64,000 bases of DNA from Ignavibacteriota bacterium (GTDB lineage Bacteria > Bacteroidota > Ignavibacteria > Palsa-1295): contig CAWBEI010000002.1 of NCBI GenBank assembly GCA_963787835.1, positions 576,001 to 640,000 of the forward strand. The letters run 5' to 3'. Numbering within the stretch: the stretch's first letter is position 1; each line of letters opens with the position of its first letter. Shown in pieces: positions 8,653 to 18,503 of this stretch. The position numbers and the translations under genes were made by a program. Below the pieces are notes generated by a model. The model was not told the DNA's origin. It was given only the letters and a program-made list of their open reading frames with translations, and did no database searches.

Positions 8653-11052
8653 CTACTCCCCCCACAACCCCGCAACCCGCCCCTTTATCTTCCCCTCCAA
8701 ACGCGAAATAAGCCCCTTCAGCATCTCCATCTCTGCCCGCTCCCGTTCGAGGCGCGCGACGATGGTTTGCTGCTCGGCGAGAGGGGGAATGGGAATTTTT
8801 AGGGATGACATAAATGTGAAATTTGTACGAGGAAGCTGTGAGCCGCTAATGCCTTTTAGAATTTCATGATTCATTTCTGGCAAACGGAGCTGAATGGCAA
8901 GGAAAGTTGGGTCGACAACTTTCTTCGGACGGAGCACAAGAATATCTGTGCTACAAATCCCATCGAACCGCGCAATCCACACTTTATTTAAATTTGGACG
9001 GAGTTTGCCATAAAGTACGTCGTTTATCTTAAAAGCAGACTTATTGCTTTTGATCGTGTTCGCGGGGACGTCATATTCCCCTATTAATTCGCCCGTGTCC
9101 GACTCGATATTTTCCAGTCCTACATAATTTACGTTCCCTTTGATTGTGTTCGGAATTATCTGGGCGGACACATTATCACACACTTCCCCCAACTCCCGCA
9201 TCTCCCACTTCGGATCGATCTCGATCTCCGGCTTGTAGTTCGCGAGAATGGCGCGCGCGCCTTCGATCATCTTCCGGAACCGCTCCAATTCGGCAACTAA
9301 TGCTTCCTGAACGGGGAGCGGAGGGAGGGGGATTTGGAATTCGGCAAGGTCCTCCAACTTCATATTTACGTTTGCAGCACCCTTCATGAGACCTGCCATT
9401 CTATCCTTCTTCCCATCAAGAACATAGTAAAGATATTTGGGAATAAGAACTTCTTCATTTTTTGGCTGAAGCACCGCCAAAAGGTTTGCCACCGCAAATT
9501 TGCCGGAGGCGTAATGGATACGAGACAAGGTGGCGCGCCCATGTCCAGTTGACGAGATTAAAGGGACGCACACGGCATCGCCATCAATTTCGAATGTTGA
9601 GGCCGTAAGCGGTGATTTTGCCGTAACAATGAGCGGATATTGGCCGGGCTCGGTCTGTGTGCTAGAATAGTGGCCCTTTGCAAGTGTGCATACCTCCTCA
9701 AGTGTGACCAGAAGAGTTCCCCCCTTGGCCAGCGCGGGACGGTATGGTTCCGAACTTAGGATAGACCCATTGGCAAGAATAGTACTTCTGTCTACGAGCC
9801 ATGAATGCAAAGATACGGGCTTATCTTCATAATAGGCTTTGAAATCCAAAAGGACGTGAGGCAGGTCGTTGCGCTCAACTATTGCCTGCTTGATACCTAG
9901 ACTCACCCCGATAGCCTTAACCTCAGAGAACATTATCTTAGGGTTGCTTCTAGCCTTATTTTTATCAAGTATAAGGACTGAAGTTTTAACCCCGGAGTAT
10001 GGCTGAAAAACGCCGGAAGGTAAAGAGATCACGCCAATAAGCGCTTCCTTTATAAGGGCCTCTCTCAATAGTCGATACGCGGACCCATCTTGGAAAATAA
10101 TTCCTTCCGGAACGATAATACCGGCTTTGCCTTGCGGCGTGAGATGTTCGAGCATGTAATCCACGAAGAGTACTTCGCTGCGCTTCGCGGAAATGCGAAA
10201 ATTACCGTGAGGGCGGATGCCACCCTTTGGCGACATGAATGGCGGATTGGCCAAAATAACATCGGCCTTGTCATCCCACCGTTCTTCGCTCGTAAGCGTG
10301 TCGTATTCGTGAATGGATGGATTGGAAAACCCATGCAAATACATATTGACAAGCGACATCCGCACCATGTCCGGCGAAATATCGTAGCCAACAAGATTAT
10401 TGCCAAGTTCTTTGCGGTCCTTCGTGGTGAGCAGGTCGCCTTCACGGGTTTTGGTATTCGTCTTAAGGATATATTTGAACGCAGCGATCAGGAATCCAGC
10501 CGTTCCGCAAGCCGGGTCGAGAATGCGGTCGGTTTTCGTCGGTCCTACAACTTCGACGATAAAATCAATGATATGGCGCGGCGTCCGGAATTGCCCGGCA
10601 TCACCCTGCGACCCTAAGACGGAAAGCAGATATTCATAAGCATCCCCCAGCATTTCGCTGTGGTCGTAACTAAACTCATTGATGACCGATAGGAAAAGCC
10701 GAAGCGTTTCGGGGTCGCGGTAGGGAAGGAATGCATTCTTAAAAATATCGCGAAAGAGCGGTGGCAAATTCGGATTGAGAGACATTTGCGCCAGCGCATC
10801 GCCATACAACCCGATGAGTTCGTGCCCGCCGATCTTCGTGGAATACACGCTCGTCCACGCATACTTTTTATATTTCCCGACAAAGAACGTAGCTTTACCG
10901 CCGAGACGCTCGGCTTGTTGATCCATATCGTGCATGAACTTGTAGATCAGCGCAAGCGTGATCTGCTCGACCTGCGATTTCGGGTCAGGCACCTTGCCGA
11001 CAAGGACATCGCGGGCTTTATCGATTCGTTGTTTTGTTGCGCTATCGAGCAT
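8653..11052 (-). CDS. hsdM: type I restriction-modification methyltransferase fused to specificity subunit (M-S fusion, two TRDs)
   Basis: GQFRTPRHI, DPACGTAGFL (SAM), NPPF (m6A) then two TRD units ending IPLPPL / IPIPPL; start 11052 (MLDSATK) or 11073. Confidence 0.9.
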   Translation of the reverse strand: MLDSATKQRIDKARDVLVGKVPDPKSQVEQITLALIYKFMHDMDQQAERLGGKATFFVGKYKKYAWTSVYSTKIGGHELIGLYGDALAQMSLNPNLPPLFRDIFKNAFLPYRDPETLRLFLSVINEFSYDHSEMLGDAYEYLLSVLGSQGDAGQFRTPRHIIDFIVEVVGPTKTDRILDPACGTAGFLIAAFKYILKTNTKTREGDLLTTKDRKELGNNLVGYDISPDMVRMSLVNMYLHGFSNPSIHEYDTLTSEERWDDKADVILANPPFMSPKGGIRPHGNFRISAKRSEVLFVDYMLEHLTPQGKAGIIVPEGIIFQDGSAYRLLREALIKEALIGVISLPSGVFQPYSGVKTSVLILDKNKARSNPKIMFSEVKAIGVSLGIKQAIVERNDLPHVLLDFKAYYEDKPVSLHSWLVDRSTILANGSILSSEPYRPALAKGGTLLVTLEEVCTLAKGHYSSTQTEPGQYPLIVTAKSPLTASTFEIDGDAVCVPLISSTGHGRATLSRIHYASGKFAVANLLAVLQPKNEEVLIPKYLYYVLDGKKDRMAGLMKGAANVNMKLEDLAEFQIPLPPLPVQEALVAELERFRKMIEGARAILANYKPEIEIDPKWEMRELGEVCDNVSAQIIPNTIKGNVNYVGLENIESDTGELIGEYDVPANTIKSNKSAFKINDVLYGKLRPNLNKVWIARFDGICSTDILVLRPKKVVDPTFLAIQLRLPEMNHEILKGISGSQLPRTNFTFMSSLKIPIPPLAEQQTIVARLERERAEMEMLKGLISRLEGKIKGRVAGLWGE

Positions 11053-11069
11053 TGGTTGTTGTGTAGAAA

Positions 11070-11297
11070 ACATCGCCCTTTCAGGGCTAACATTTATTTA
11101 ACGTTATCATACCCAGGGTTCCGCTTCGCATCGTGGGCGATGCTTGCTTCACCCTGGGCTGCGGGTACTTCGGCGCTCCGCGGCTAAAATCCCCAGTGCC
11201 GGAGGCACGTTGTACTTGCAGCCCAGGGTGCAGGCCGAAGGCCGGAACCCTGGGTTACGCAACCCTCCAACAGATCCCAGCCCTGAAAGGGCGATGT
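11070..11297. repeat. large nested inverted-repeat element (REP/BIME-like) between hsdR and hsdMS
   Basis: ACATCGCCCTTTCAGGGCT / AGCCCTGAAAGGGCGATGT perfect 19-bp ends; inner pairs ACCCAGGGTTCCG/CGGAACCCTGGGT and CACCCTGGGCTGC/GCAGCCCAGGGTG. Confidence 0.88.
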
Positions 11298-11302
11298 AAT
11301 AC

Positions 11303-13816
11303 TCAGGCATTCGGTAAAAAATTATTCAGGGACACATAGGTGTCAATGTATTCAGGTATCACGTCGCGGTATCCGTTCAAGGATTCCAAATCTTTCAGGT
11401 TTAGCATTGGGTTCGTCGCAAGCCTGCCATATTCCTTGTTCCGCATGACTTCCTGCACTTCGGAATCGCTTAAATATGCTTTGAACGCCTTACTGATAAA
11501 CGGATAATATTTTGCATCCGGTTTATTTACCTGAATAAAACTTTCAAGCTCCAGATCGAGTAATTGTTCGCGTGAAGAAATTGGTTTTTTCTGGAAGATT
11601 TGATCGAGCACTTCCTCGATGGATGGTTTTCGGTCAAGCCCGAGCGCCTTTCGTATTTTTTCGAGATTGAAATATTCTTCCGGCTTTTCGAAAATTTCAC
11701 GGCGAATGTAATCGCTTGCTTCGCGTAGATTCCCACTTTCGTATTTTTCCGTCACGTTCGGGTCGCTTTTTATCACATCTTCAAATTTTTGGAAAAGCAT
11801 TCGGTCCGGCTTCAGTCCTTCCAAGCCAACTTGAGTCTCTTTCAAATCTTTGAGTGGATCAATCCTCTCGCTTACATACGCGCCCTCTGGGATGAGAGGC
11901 CCTGGCGGACTCGGCGGGCTGGCACTGCTTCCTAAAGGCAATTGCAACCGTTGGTCGTAGTCGAATTTGTGTTCGAAGAATTCAACATTTCCGAAAAAAT
12001 CGAAAAGCCGGAATGTGGTTTTGGGCTCGATAATCGTCTCACGCTCGCCGTTAGCAAGTTTAGTCTCAAACTTGAAGTTCTTCTTTCTCGTACCTCGTCC
12101 CTTCATTTGTACGAATTCCGTGGGCGAGAAGATCGGACGCATAAAACAAAGATTCAGCAAATCCTCGCAATCGTATCCCGTAGTCATCATCCCGACGGTT
12201 ACGCAAACGCGTGTCTTGGATGTCTTATATCCCTCCAACACATCGGAATTCCCATTCAAATTATTATTCGCAAATTTCTTTGTCATTTGCTGTGCGCCCG
12301 TTATTCGCGACGTCACTTGCAGCGCAAAATCCGAATGGTATCGCCCTGGCCACATTATTTCGACAATATCATTGAGAACAGATACAATGCGTTCCGCGTG
12401 ATTCTGACTCACGCAAAAGATAATGGTCTTGCCAATCTCCTTCGTTATTGGGTCGCGCAGCGCATGTTGTAAAAAGGTCTCGCAAAAAACTTGGTTGGTC
12501 TTATCGCTAAAAAACTTCTTTTCGAAGTCTTTATTTACGAAATACTCGCTCGCTTCATCACCATTATCGGCCTCATAAACTACTGCGTATCCTTCATCAG
12601 AAAGAAGTTGTGTAGTAATCTCGGTTCGTGCATCCAGCACATAGGGATTCACGAGGTATCCTTCTGTTACACCGTCAAGTAAGGTGTAGCGAAATGTTGG
12701 GTCGCCGCTTTCGCATCCGAAAGTCTTATACGTGTCAAGCAGTTGCCTCCGTTCAAGTTCAATCGGTGAATTTTTGACAAGCTCATCAGAATCCGTCCTC
12801 TTGATGTAATCTTTTGGCGTTGCCGTAAGCCCAAGTTTATATCCAACAAAATGTTCAAACACTGCACGTGCATTTCCACCGATAGAGCGGTGTGCTTCGT
12901 CAGAAATCACAAGGTCGAAATCCAGCGGCGAAATATCGCGAAATCGGTTACTTGCCAGCAAACTCTGCACCGTCGTCACCACGATTTGTGCATCTTGCCA
13001 ATCTGCGCGGTCACGGTTCTGCTTCCATATTTTCGTGGTGTAATCGTTCTTGAGATAGTCTTTGAAATTCTTCTCTGCCTGATCTTCCAATTCTAATCTA
13101 TCAACCAGGAACAGAACACGGCTTGCATTTCCCGTTCTCAAAAATAGTTTTATGATCGCAGCAGCGGTAAGCGTTTTACCCGTTCCGGTCGCCATCTCAA
13201 AAAGAAATCGGTCGCTTCCTTTCTTTACAGCATCCTGTAGCGCCTTGATTGCCTTTACCTGATATGGGCGCAGCAAACGCAGATTCTTTTCCTCGATAAA
13301 ACCTTTTCTCGTCTTTGTATCAATATAAGAAGGGTTGTTCGCAAAAGTTGGGTCTTGGGTGATTGCGATATAGTCATCATGCACGTCTTCTCGAATCAGA
13401 GCATGGCGGTCGGGCTTAAACTGTTCCTTTACAAAGAAATCACTTTGATTCGGGAATTTTGAAATAATCTGTGGGTTCCCGGCCTGGATATCCCAGAGAT
13501 AATGGATGTTTCCGTTTGTCAGAATGATATATCTCGCATTCTTCCCTTTTGCATAGGCTCGCGCTTGTTCTTTTCCATCTAGGGGATTTTTCTCTTCACG
13601 TTTCGCCTCAACCACACAAAGCGCGTCGCCGCGTTTATCGAGCAACAAGTAATCGATATATCCATTTTTCGTGTGCTCGAAGTCATCGCCCAATGCTTCG
13701 AGCTTCACATTGGCTTCGAGCAGGATGTTGGCCTTCCCTTCCGACGTATCGAAGAACTTCCATCCTGCCTTATCAAGCAGCTGATTAACTTTTATCCTGG
13801 CGCGGGCTTCTGACAT
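11303..13816 (-). CDS. hsdR: type I restriction endonuclease subunit R (EcoAI/EcoEI-like)
   Basis: IDYLL...VEAK nuclease motif, MATGTGKT, DEAHRS, GLTATP, QMKGRGTR; likely start MSEARAR at 13816. Confidence 0.9.
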   Translation of the reverse strand: MSEARARIKVNQLLDKAGWKFFDTSEGKANILLEANVKLEALGDDFEHTKNGYIDYLLLDKRGDALCVVEAKREEKNPLDGKEQARAYAKGKNARYIILTNGNIHYLWDIQAGNPQIISKFPNQSDFFVKEQFKPDRHALIREDVHDDYIAITQDPTFANNPSYIDTKTRKGFIEEKNLRLLRPYQVKAIKALQDAVKKGSDRFLFEMATGTGKTLTAAAIIKLFLRTGNASRVLFLVDRLELEDQAEKNFKDYLKNDYTTKIWKQNRDRADWQDAQIVVTTVQSLLASNRFRDISPLDFDLVISDEAHRSIGGNARAVFEHFVGYKLGLTATPKDYIKRTDSDELVKNSPIELERRQLLDTYKTFGCESGDPTFRYTLLDGVTEGYLVNPYVLDARTEITTQLLSDEGYAVVYEADNGDEASEYFVNKDFEKKFFSDKTNQVFCETFLQHALRDPITKEIGKTIIFCVSQNHAERIVSVLNDIVEIMWPGRYHSDFALQVTSRITGAQQMTKKFANNNLNGNSDVLEGYKTSKTRVCVTVGMMTTGYDCEDLLNLCFMRPIFSPTEFVQMKGRGTRKKNFKFETKLANGERETIIEPKTTFRLFDFFGNVEFFEHKFDYDQRLQLPLGSSASPPSPPGPLIPEGAYVSERIDPLKDLKETQVGLEGLKPDRMLFQKFEDVIKSDPNVTEKYESGNLREASDYIRREIFEKPEEYFNLEKIRKALGLDRKPSIEEVLDQIFQKKPISSREQLLDLELESFIQVNKPDAKYYPFISKAFKAYLSDSEVQEVMRNKEYGRLATNPMLNLKDLESLNGYRDVIPEYIDTYVSLNNFLPNA

Positions 13817-13861
13817 AAATTTGTTTATTTTCGAATGGGGCGTAGAACATGCAAACGCCCA

Positions 13862-13869
13862 CAAAAATA
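13862..13869 (-). promoter_or_regulatory. TAnnTTTG (-7) promoter element upstream of hsdR
   Basis: Minus-strand TATTTTTG about 45 nt before the ATG. Confidence 0.45.
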
Positions 13870-14059
13870 CCACGAAAATATCACCCATTCTCCCCACCCC
13901 GCCCCTATTAATTCGCATTCAGAATCCCGGAAAACCGGAATTGTTGAAATGGTGGGCAGGTTAATCAAGCAGATCAACTTCTTTCTCTCTTTCTTACGGG
14001 GCTTACCTTCGTCATTCCTTTGGATCGTATCCAGGAATGACCATTTATAGAATAGTACA

Positions 14060-14539
14060 GTGTTACACCGGGCGTTCGTTTTCCGTGCAGCGTTTATCCT
14101 CTTGTTGGGCATAGCCCTTCATGGGATGGGTACTGCTGTGTTCGAACGGACGGCCCATGCTCAGTTCAGAGAACCCTCCGTGGCGCCATCGATAGCGCCG
14201 GCAGTGCCATCTACGGTTATCCCCTCCGCTACCGATCAATTCCCGGCCAGTACGCAACCATTGGTACCGGAAATTCCGGATCAGCACCGGCGGCAAACAC
14301 CGGAAGTAATAAAGCCGGTGCAGCCGGTCACGCCCTCGAAATTGGAGAGCTCCCCGTTAGTCGCGCCGGTCGATCCAAGAGTCGATCCGATCTCACCGAA
14401 GATCGACCAGAGTATTCGCAGCCAAGTGCTGGAGCGCCATTCGGAGCAACTGAACAACCCGAAGTTTTGCCGGAAATTGGAACAACGCAGGCAAGCCTTG
14501 CGTATGGCAAGGAGTGCCGGCCCGCGGAGCCAGCGATAA
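14060..14539 (+). CDS. hypothetical Pro-rich exported protein
   Basis: Signal peptide ending AHA-Q, then Pro-rich low-complexity region. Confidence 0.5.
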   Translation: MLHRAFVFRAAFILLLGIALHGMGTAVFERTAHAQFREPSVAPSIAPAVPSTVIPSATDQFPASTQPLVPEIPDQHRRQTPEVIKPVQPVTPSKLESSPLVAPVDPRVDPISPKIDQSIRSQVLERHSEQLNNPKFCRKLEQRRQALRMARSAGPRSQR

Positions 14540-14579
14540 TTAGTATCGCAGATCCCGGAATTAGGGCATTATTTGCGCC

Positions 14580-14825
14580 CTGAAATTTAATACCGGCAGA
14601 CGGAACTTCGAATATTATTTTCCGGTTAGCTTTATCAGAAGACACAAAGTGTGAGACTTATAGATGCAGGAGGGTTCCATTTAGGCCTTTTGTATCTAAA
14701 GTCAAGGTGAGAGAAAAGACACTGTTGGCCTTATAGGAGCAATCCTGTAAGGCCGCAGTGTATTTTAAAGGGTTCGGTTGGGTAAAACACTGCTGCGATT
14801 AGGGTGAATGTTTTGTGTTTTAGGT
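14580..14825 (+). ncRNA. candidate structured RNA / leader (unassigned)
   Basis: Closing stem 14639-14652/14808-14821, hairpin 14655-14703, hairpin 14719-14761 with GCAA loop; G.U wobbles consistent with plus strand. Confidence 0.45.
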
Positions 14826-14857
14826 GTTCTTCCTCCAGGAATTACTATTTCAATTAT

Positions 14858-15010
14858 CATGTCATCCTGAGCAGAGTTCGTTCGACCGTAGGGAGAACGA
14901 ACGGAGTCGAAGGATCTTGTGCAGGTCTGACACAGATTCTTCGACTGCGCAAGACTCCGCCGCATCGTCGCCGATGCTTCGCTGCGTCTTGCTACGCTCA
15001 GAATGACATG
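14858..15010. repeat. palindromic MITE/REP-like element, GTCATYCTGAGC family
   Basis: CATGTCATCCTGAGC...GCTCAGAATGACATG ends, AGTCGAAGGATCT/AGATTCTTCGACT inner stem, two side hairpins. Confidence 0.88.
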
Positions 15011-15045
15011 CTAATGCAATCAGAGTTTCAGAAAAAATTATCGCT

Positions 15046-17109
15046 ATGAAGTATTCTCTACTGTTCCTCCTCCTATTCGCTACATCAGCCCACGCCAAAA
15101 CCTGGCTCGTCGGCCCCACGCGGCAATACACCGTTCCCAGCGCCGTGATGAATCTCGTCGCCGATGGCGATACCGTCCTCATCGATTCCGGACTTTACGT
15201 TGGTGATGTCGGCGTGTGGAATAATAACAACCTCGTCATCCGCTGCCCGAACGGCATGGCACGCTTCAATGCCAACGGAAATATCGCGCAGGATAAAGGA
15301 ATTTGGGTGCTCGCGGGAAATAATACTTATGTGGAGGGTTTCGAGTTTTACGGTGCAGCCATCGACTCCGCCGATGGCGATAACGGCGCAGGCATACGTG
15401 TCGGTGGTAATGGATTAACCTGCAGAAGATGTTATTTCCACGATAATCAGGAGGGAATTCTTACCGCCAACGATACCGCCAACAACAACATCTGGATCGA
15501 AGCCTGCGAGTTCGATCATAATGGCGTGGAAACCGGCGGCGCAGCGGGATACGAACACAACATCTACGTCGGACACAGCACCAGTTGCACGATAAAGTTC
15601 TGCTATTTTCACCGCGCGATCGTGGGACATGAAATAAAGACCCGCGCGAACGTTAATTATATTCTCTACAACAAGATCGTCGATGGGCCAACGGGCGATG
15701 GCAGCTATTCCATAGACATGCCCAACGGCGGACTCTCCTTCGTGATCGGGAACTCCATCGAAAAGGGACCCATGACCGCAAACTCCACCGTCATCAGTTA
15801 TGGCGAAGAAGGCATTATCAATCCCGACTCTGAGTTTTATTTCGTCAACAACACAGTTGTGACCGACCGCAACCCAACCACATTCCTCAATATCCAGCCC
15901 GGTACAAAACCCGCACTAATTGCCAATAATATCTTCGCAGGGCCGGGGCATCCGCTTACTGCAACGGATACGATGGCAAATGTGGAATCGACAGATACTT
16001 CGTTCTTCCACTTTGCCGATCCAGCGAATTACGATTATCACATTACGCAAAATTTTCCTGGATATCAAACGGCTGTTTTCCCAGCAGGTCCTGATGAGTT
16101 ACGGTCCTTTTATTCAAATTGGCAGCAATATGTTGATCCAATGGATAGCGCATCTACACCATTTATCGATGAAGTAGGAGCATTCCAATTTTATGATTTT
16201 TCCGATTCTATTGTTATTGCGAAGCAATTCGATTCTATAACTTGCATCGGAGAATCCGATACGATGATTCTTGTGGTTTATGATACTAAAAGTCCTTTCC
16301 ACGAAGTTAGTATTCTGCTGTTGTTGGATTCGAACTATGACGGCGATTTCACTATACCATCATCAGCACCATACCTCAGCCCTGGGAATTTTGACACTAT
16401 TAAAGTGCTCTTTACTCCGACTACCAATCTGACAGAAATTGCGACATTAGTTCTTGATGGTCAGCCTTCGGAAACGATTACACTTCGGGCAACCGGCGGG
16501 GCTGCAATTATCGCTGGCCACGATACCATTTCTGCAGCTGTTGGTCAAACATCCGCAAAATTTCTTGTGACAATTTGCAATACCGGCACCTGCCCGTGGA
16601 CGCCCGGCGTTCCAATCATTGTTGATCCACAGTTTACTTATTCTACGCTCACAAATGGTGAACTTCCAACCATTGTTCCGGGCGACTGCATCCAGATTTA
16701 TTTTACATTTACACCGACACAAAGCGGGACTTCTACCTACCCTGTAGCCTTCCCAAACGCAGCAGGTACTTCCATTCCTCAGCCGAATGTTACTATTACT
16801 GGCATAGGAACTTCAGATGCTGTTTCACAGCCAAGCACTAACGGTGTTCACGTGATTGAGCAGAATTACCCAAATCCATTTGACCAAACCACGCAAATTG
16901 CGTTGCCATCCGGATTCGCGGGCGGTCAAGGAGTAAGCCTTAGCCTATATGGTATAACCGGCGCGCTTGTCATTCACAAAGATTATCCTAACACAACTTC
17001 AAGCATAGAATTTAGCCGGGAAGATCTTGCATCAGGCGTATATTATTATCGCATCGTTTCGCAAGATGGGAAATTGGAATGCTCGGGAAGTGTTGTTATC
17101 TCTCCGTGA
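15046..17109 (+). CDS. T9SS-secreted protein with right-handed beta-helix and Ig-like domains
   Basis: Signal peptide; parallel beta-helix repeats (NGAGIR, FHDNQEGIL, HNIYVG, GHEIKTRA); CTD QNYPNPF...LASGVYYYRI. Confidence 0.8.
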   Translation: MKYSLLFLLLFATSAHAKTWLVGPTRQYTVPSAVMNLVADGDTVLIDSGLYVGDVGVWNNNNLVIRCPNGMARFNANGNIAQDKGIWVLAGNNTYVEGFEFYGAAIDSADGDNGAGIRVGGNGLTCRRCYFHDNQEGILTANDTANNNIWIEACEFDHNGVETGGAAGYEHNIYVGHSTSCTIKFCYFHRAIVGHEIKTRANVNYILYNKIVDGPTGDGSYSIDMPNGGLSFVIGNSIEKGPMTANSTVISYGEEGIINPDSEFYFVNNTVVTDRNPTTFLNIQPGTKPALIANNIFAGPGHPLTATDTMANVESTDTSFFHFADPANYDYHITQNFPGYQTAVFPAGPDELRSFYSNWQQYVDPMDSASTPFIDEVGAFQFYDFSDSIVIAKQFDSITCIGESDTMILVVYDTKSPFHEVSILLLLDSNYDGDFTIPSSAPYLSPGNFDTIKVLFTPTTNLTEIATLVLDGQPSETITLRATGGAAIIAGHDTISAAVGQTSAKFLVTICNTGTCPWTPGVPIIVDPQFTYSTLTNGELPTIVPGDCIQIYFTFTPTQSGTSTYPVAFPNAAGTSIPQPNVTITGIGTSDAVSQPSTNGVHVIEQNYPNPFDQTTQIALPSGFAGGQGVSLSLYGITGALVIHKDYPNTTSSIEFSREDLASGVYYYRIVSQDGKLECSGSVVISP

Positions 17110-17120
17110 GAGATGATAGT

Positions 17121-17807
17121 ATGCGAAAGAAATTTAAAGCCCCGCTAAAAAAGCTCGATGACGCCGGCAGCGCCAACTTGGGATGGCGCGTGCTCGATAT
17201 TCCCTTCGATGTAAAGAAAACCTTCGGCAAGGGGGGCCGGCTTCCCGTAAAAGGCGAAGTGAACGGATTTGCATTTCGTACCTCGCTCTTTCCGCGCAAG
17301 GACGGGAAGCATTTTCTGCTCATGAACAAGCAAATGCAAAAGGAGGCAAACGCAACATCGCTCGGAGATAACGTTGAAGTTTGGATCGAACTCGATGAAG
17401 AAACGCGAACGGTCGGCATTCCCCTGCTTCTCAAAAAAGAGATCGAAGAAGATGAGAAGCTATTATCATATTTCAAATCCTTCAGCTATTCGATGCGCAA
17501 GTATTTTGCCGACCTTATCACTTCAGCAAAAAGCAAGCAAGTCCAAAAAAAGCGCGCGGAGGAACTCGCTGTCATCCTGATGCACATGCATGATGGCGAG
17601 GAGAACCCACCTCCCATCCTTGAAGCGGAATTTGCGCGCAACCCGAAAGCAAAGCGCGGCTGGGAACTGATGCCTGCTTCACACCGAAGAAGCCATCTGT
17701 GGGGCATCTTTTATTACAAAAATCCCGATTCGCGGGCGCGAAGAATGGCAAAAGCCATCGAGCAAATGGTGGAGTATGGGAATAAAAAAAAGAAAATATC
17801 TTCTTAA
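17121..17807 (+). CDS. DUF1905 / YdeI-OmpD-associated family protein
   Basis: FGKGGRLPVKGEVNGFAFRTSLFP (DUF1905) plus two OmdA-like repeats. Confidence 0.8.
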   Translation: MRKKFKAPLKKLDDAGSANLGWRVLDIPFDVKKTFGKGGRLPVKGEVNGFAFRTSLFPRKDGKHFLLMNKQMQKEANATSLGDNVEVWIELDEETRTVGIPLLLKKEIEEDEKLLSYFKSFSYSMRKYFADLITSAKSKQVQKKRAEELAVILMHMHDGEENPPPILEAEFARNPKAKRGWELMPASHRRSHLWGIFYYKNPDSRARRMAKAIEQMVEYGNKKKKISS

Positions 17808-17828
17808 TACTCTACCCTTAAATTAGCA

Positions 17829-17996
17829 TGTCATTCTGAGCGAAGCAACTCTTCGTCCGCCCCTCGGACGAAGAGTTGCGAAGTCGAAGAATCTCTGGTC
17901 GTTTACCAGTGAGCCAAACTACACGAGATCCTTCGACTCCGCAATTCTCCCAGCATCGTCGGCGATGCGGGTCGAATTGCTCCGCTCAGGATGACA
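17829..17996. repeat. palindromic MITE/REP-like element, GTCATYCTGAGC family (second copy)
   Basis: TGTCATTCTGAGCG...CGCTCAGGATGACA; AGTCGAAGAATCT/AGATCCTTCGACT. Confidence 0.88.
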
Positions 17997-18038
17997 AGAA
18001 AGGATACGCATTTCTAACGGAACGGATGAAATAATCCG

Positions 18039-18046
18039 TAAATTTG
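18039..18046 (+). promoter_or_regulatory. TAnnTTTG (-7) promoter element
   Basis: TAAATTTG 22 nt upstream of ATG 18069. Confidence 0.55.
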
Positions 18047-18068
18047 AACCTCATAATCAAATACATCT

Positions 18069-18503
18069 ATGAAACGCAAACATTTTCTTCTCATCAGCGG
18101 CCTCGTCGCCTGGATCTTCAGCGTCGGAATGATGCTGATGCCATCGGGATTCACTTCCGGCATTTCCACCGTGCCGCCTACGCCGACCGTGGATGCATGG
18201 GCGCAATTCCTCGGCACCAACCTTTTTGCGATCGGCTTCATTAACATCTTTGCAAGCCGAAGTCCGTGGTCCGGCGCGGTTCGCGCCATCATGTGGGGCA
18301 ATATCGTTCTGCATGTGCTCGCCATCGCCGCGGACGCGAATGCCTACATGAACAACATCATCAATTTGCAGGGAATTATGCAGAGCACCGTCGTGCATCT
18401 GGTATTTATTATTGGGTTCTGCTACTACACGTTCGTGAAATCGACGCATGATATGAATGCAGCAAAACAAAACGTGGATTCGAAATTGCCGGATGCTGCG
18501 TAA
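18069..18503 (+). CDS. hypothetical 4-TM membrane protein
   Basis: Four hydrophobic segments. Confidence 0.7.
   Translation: MKRKHFLLISGLVAWIFSVGMMLMPSGFTSGISTVPPTPTVDAWAQFLGTNLFAIGFINIFASRSPWSGAVRAIMWGNIVLHVLAIAADANAYMNNIINLQGIMQSTVVHLVFIIGFCYYTFVKSTHDMNAAKQNVDSKLPDAA

Noticed and set aside
11070-11297. Autonomous IS element
   Set aside because: No transposase ORF; the short ORF 11133-11339 is just translated palindrome
14765-15182. Short ORFs across the 14858 element (CHPEQS/CHSERS peptides)
   Set aside because: Translations of the repeat itself, not credible genes
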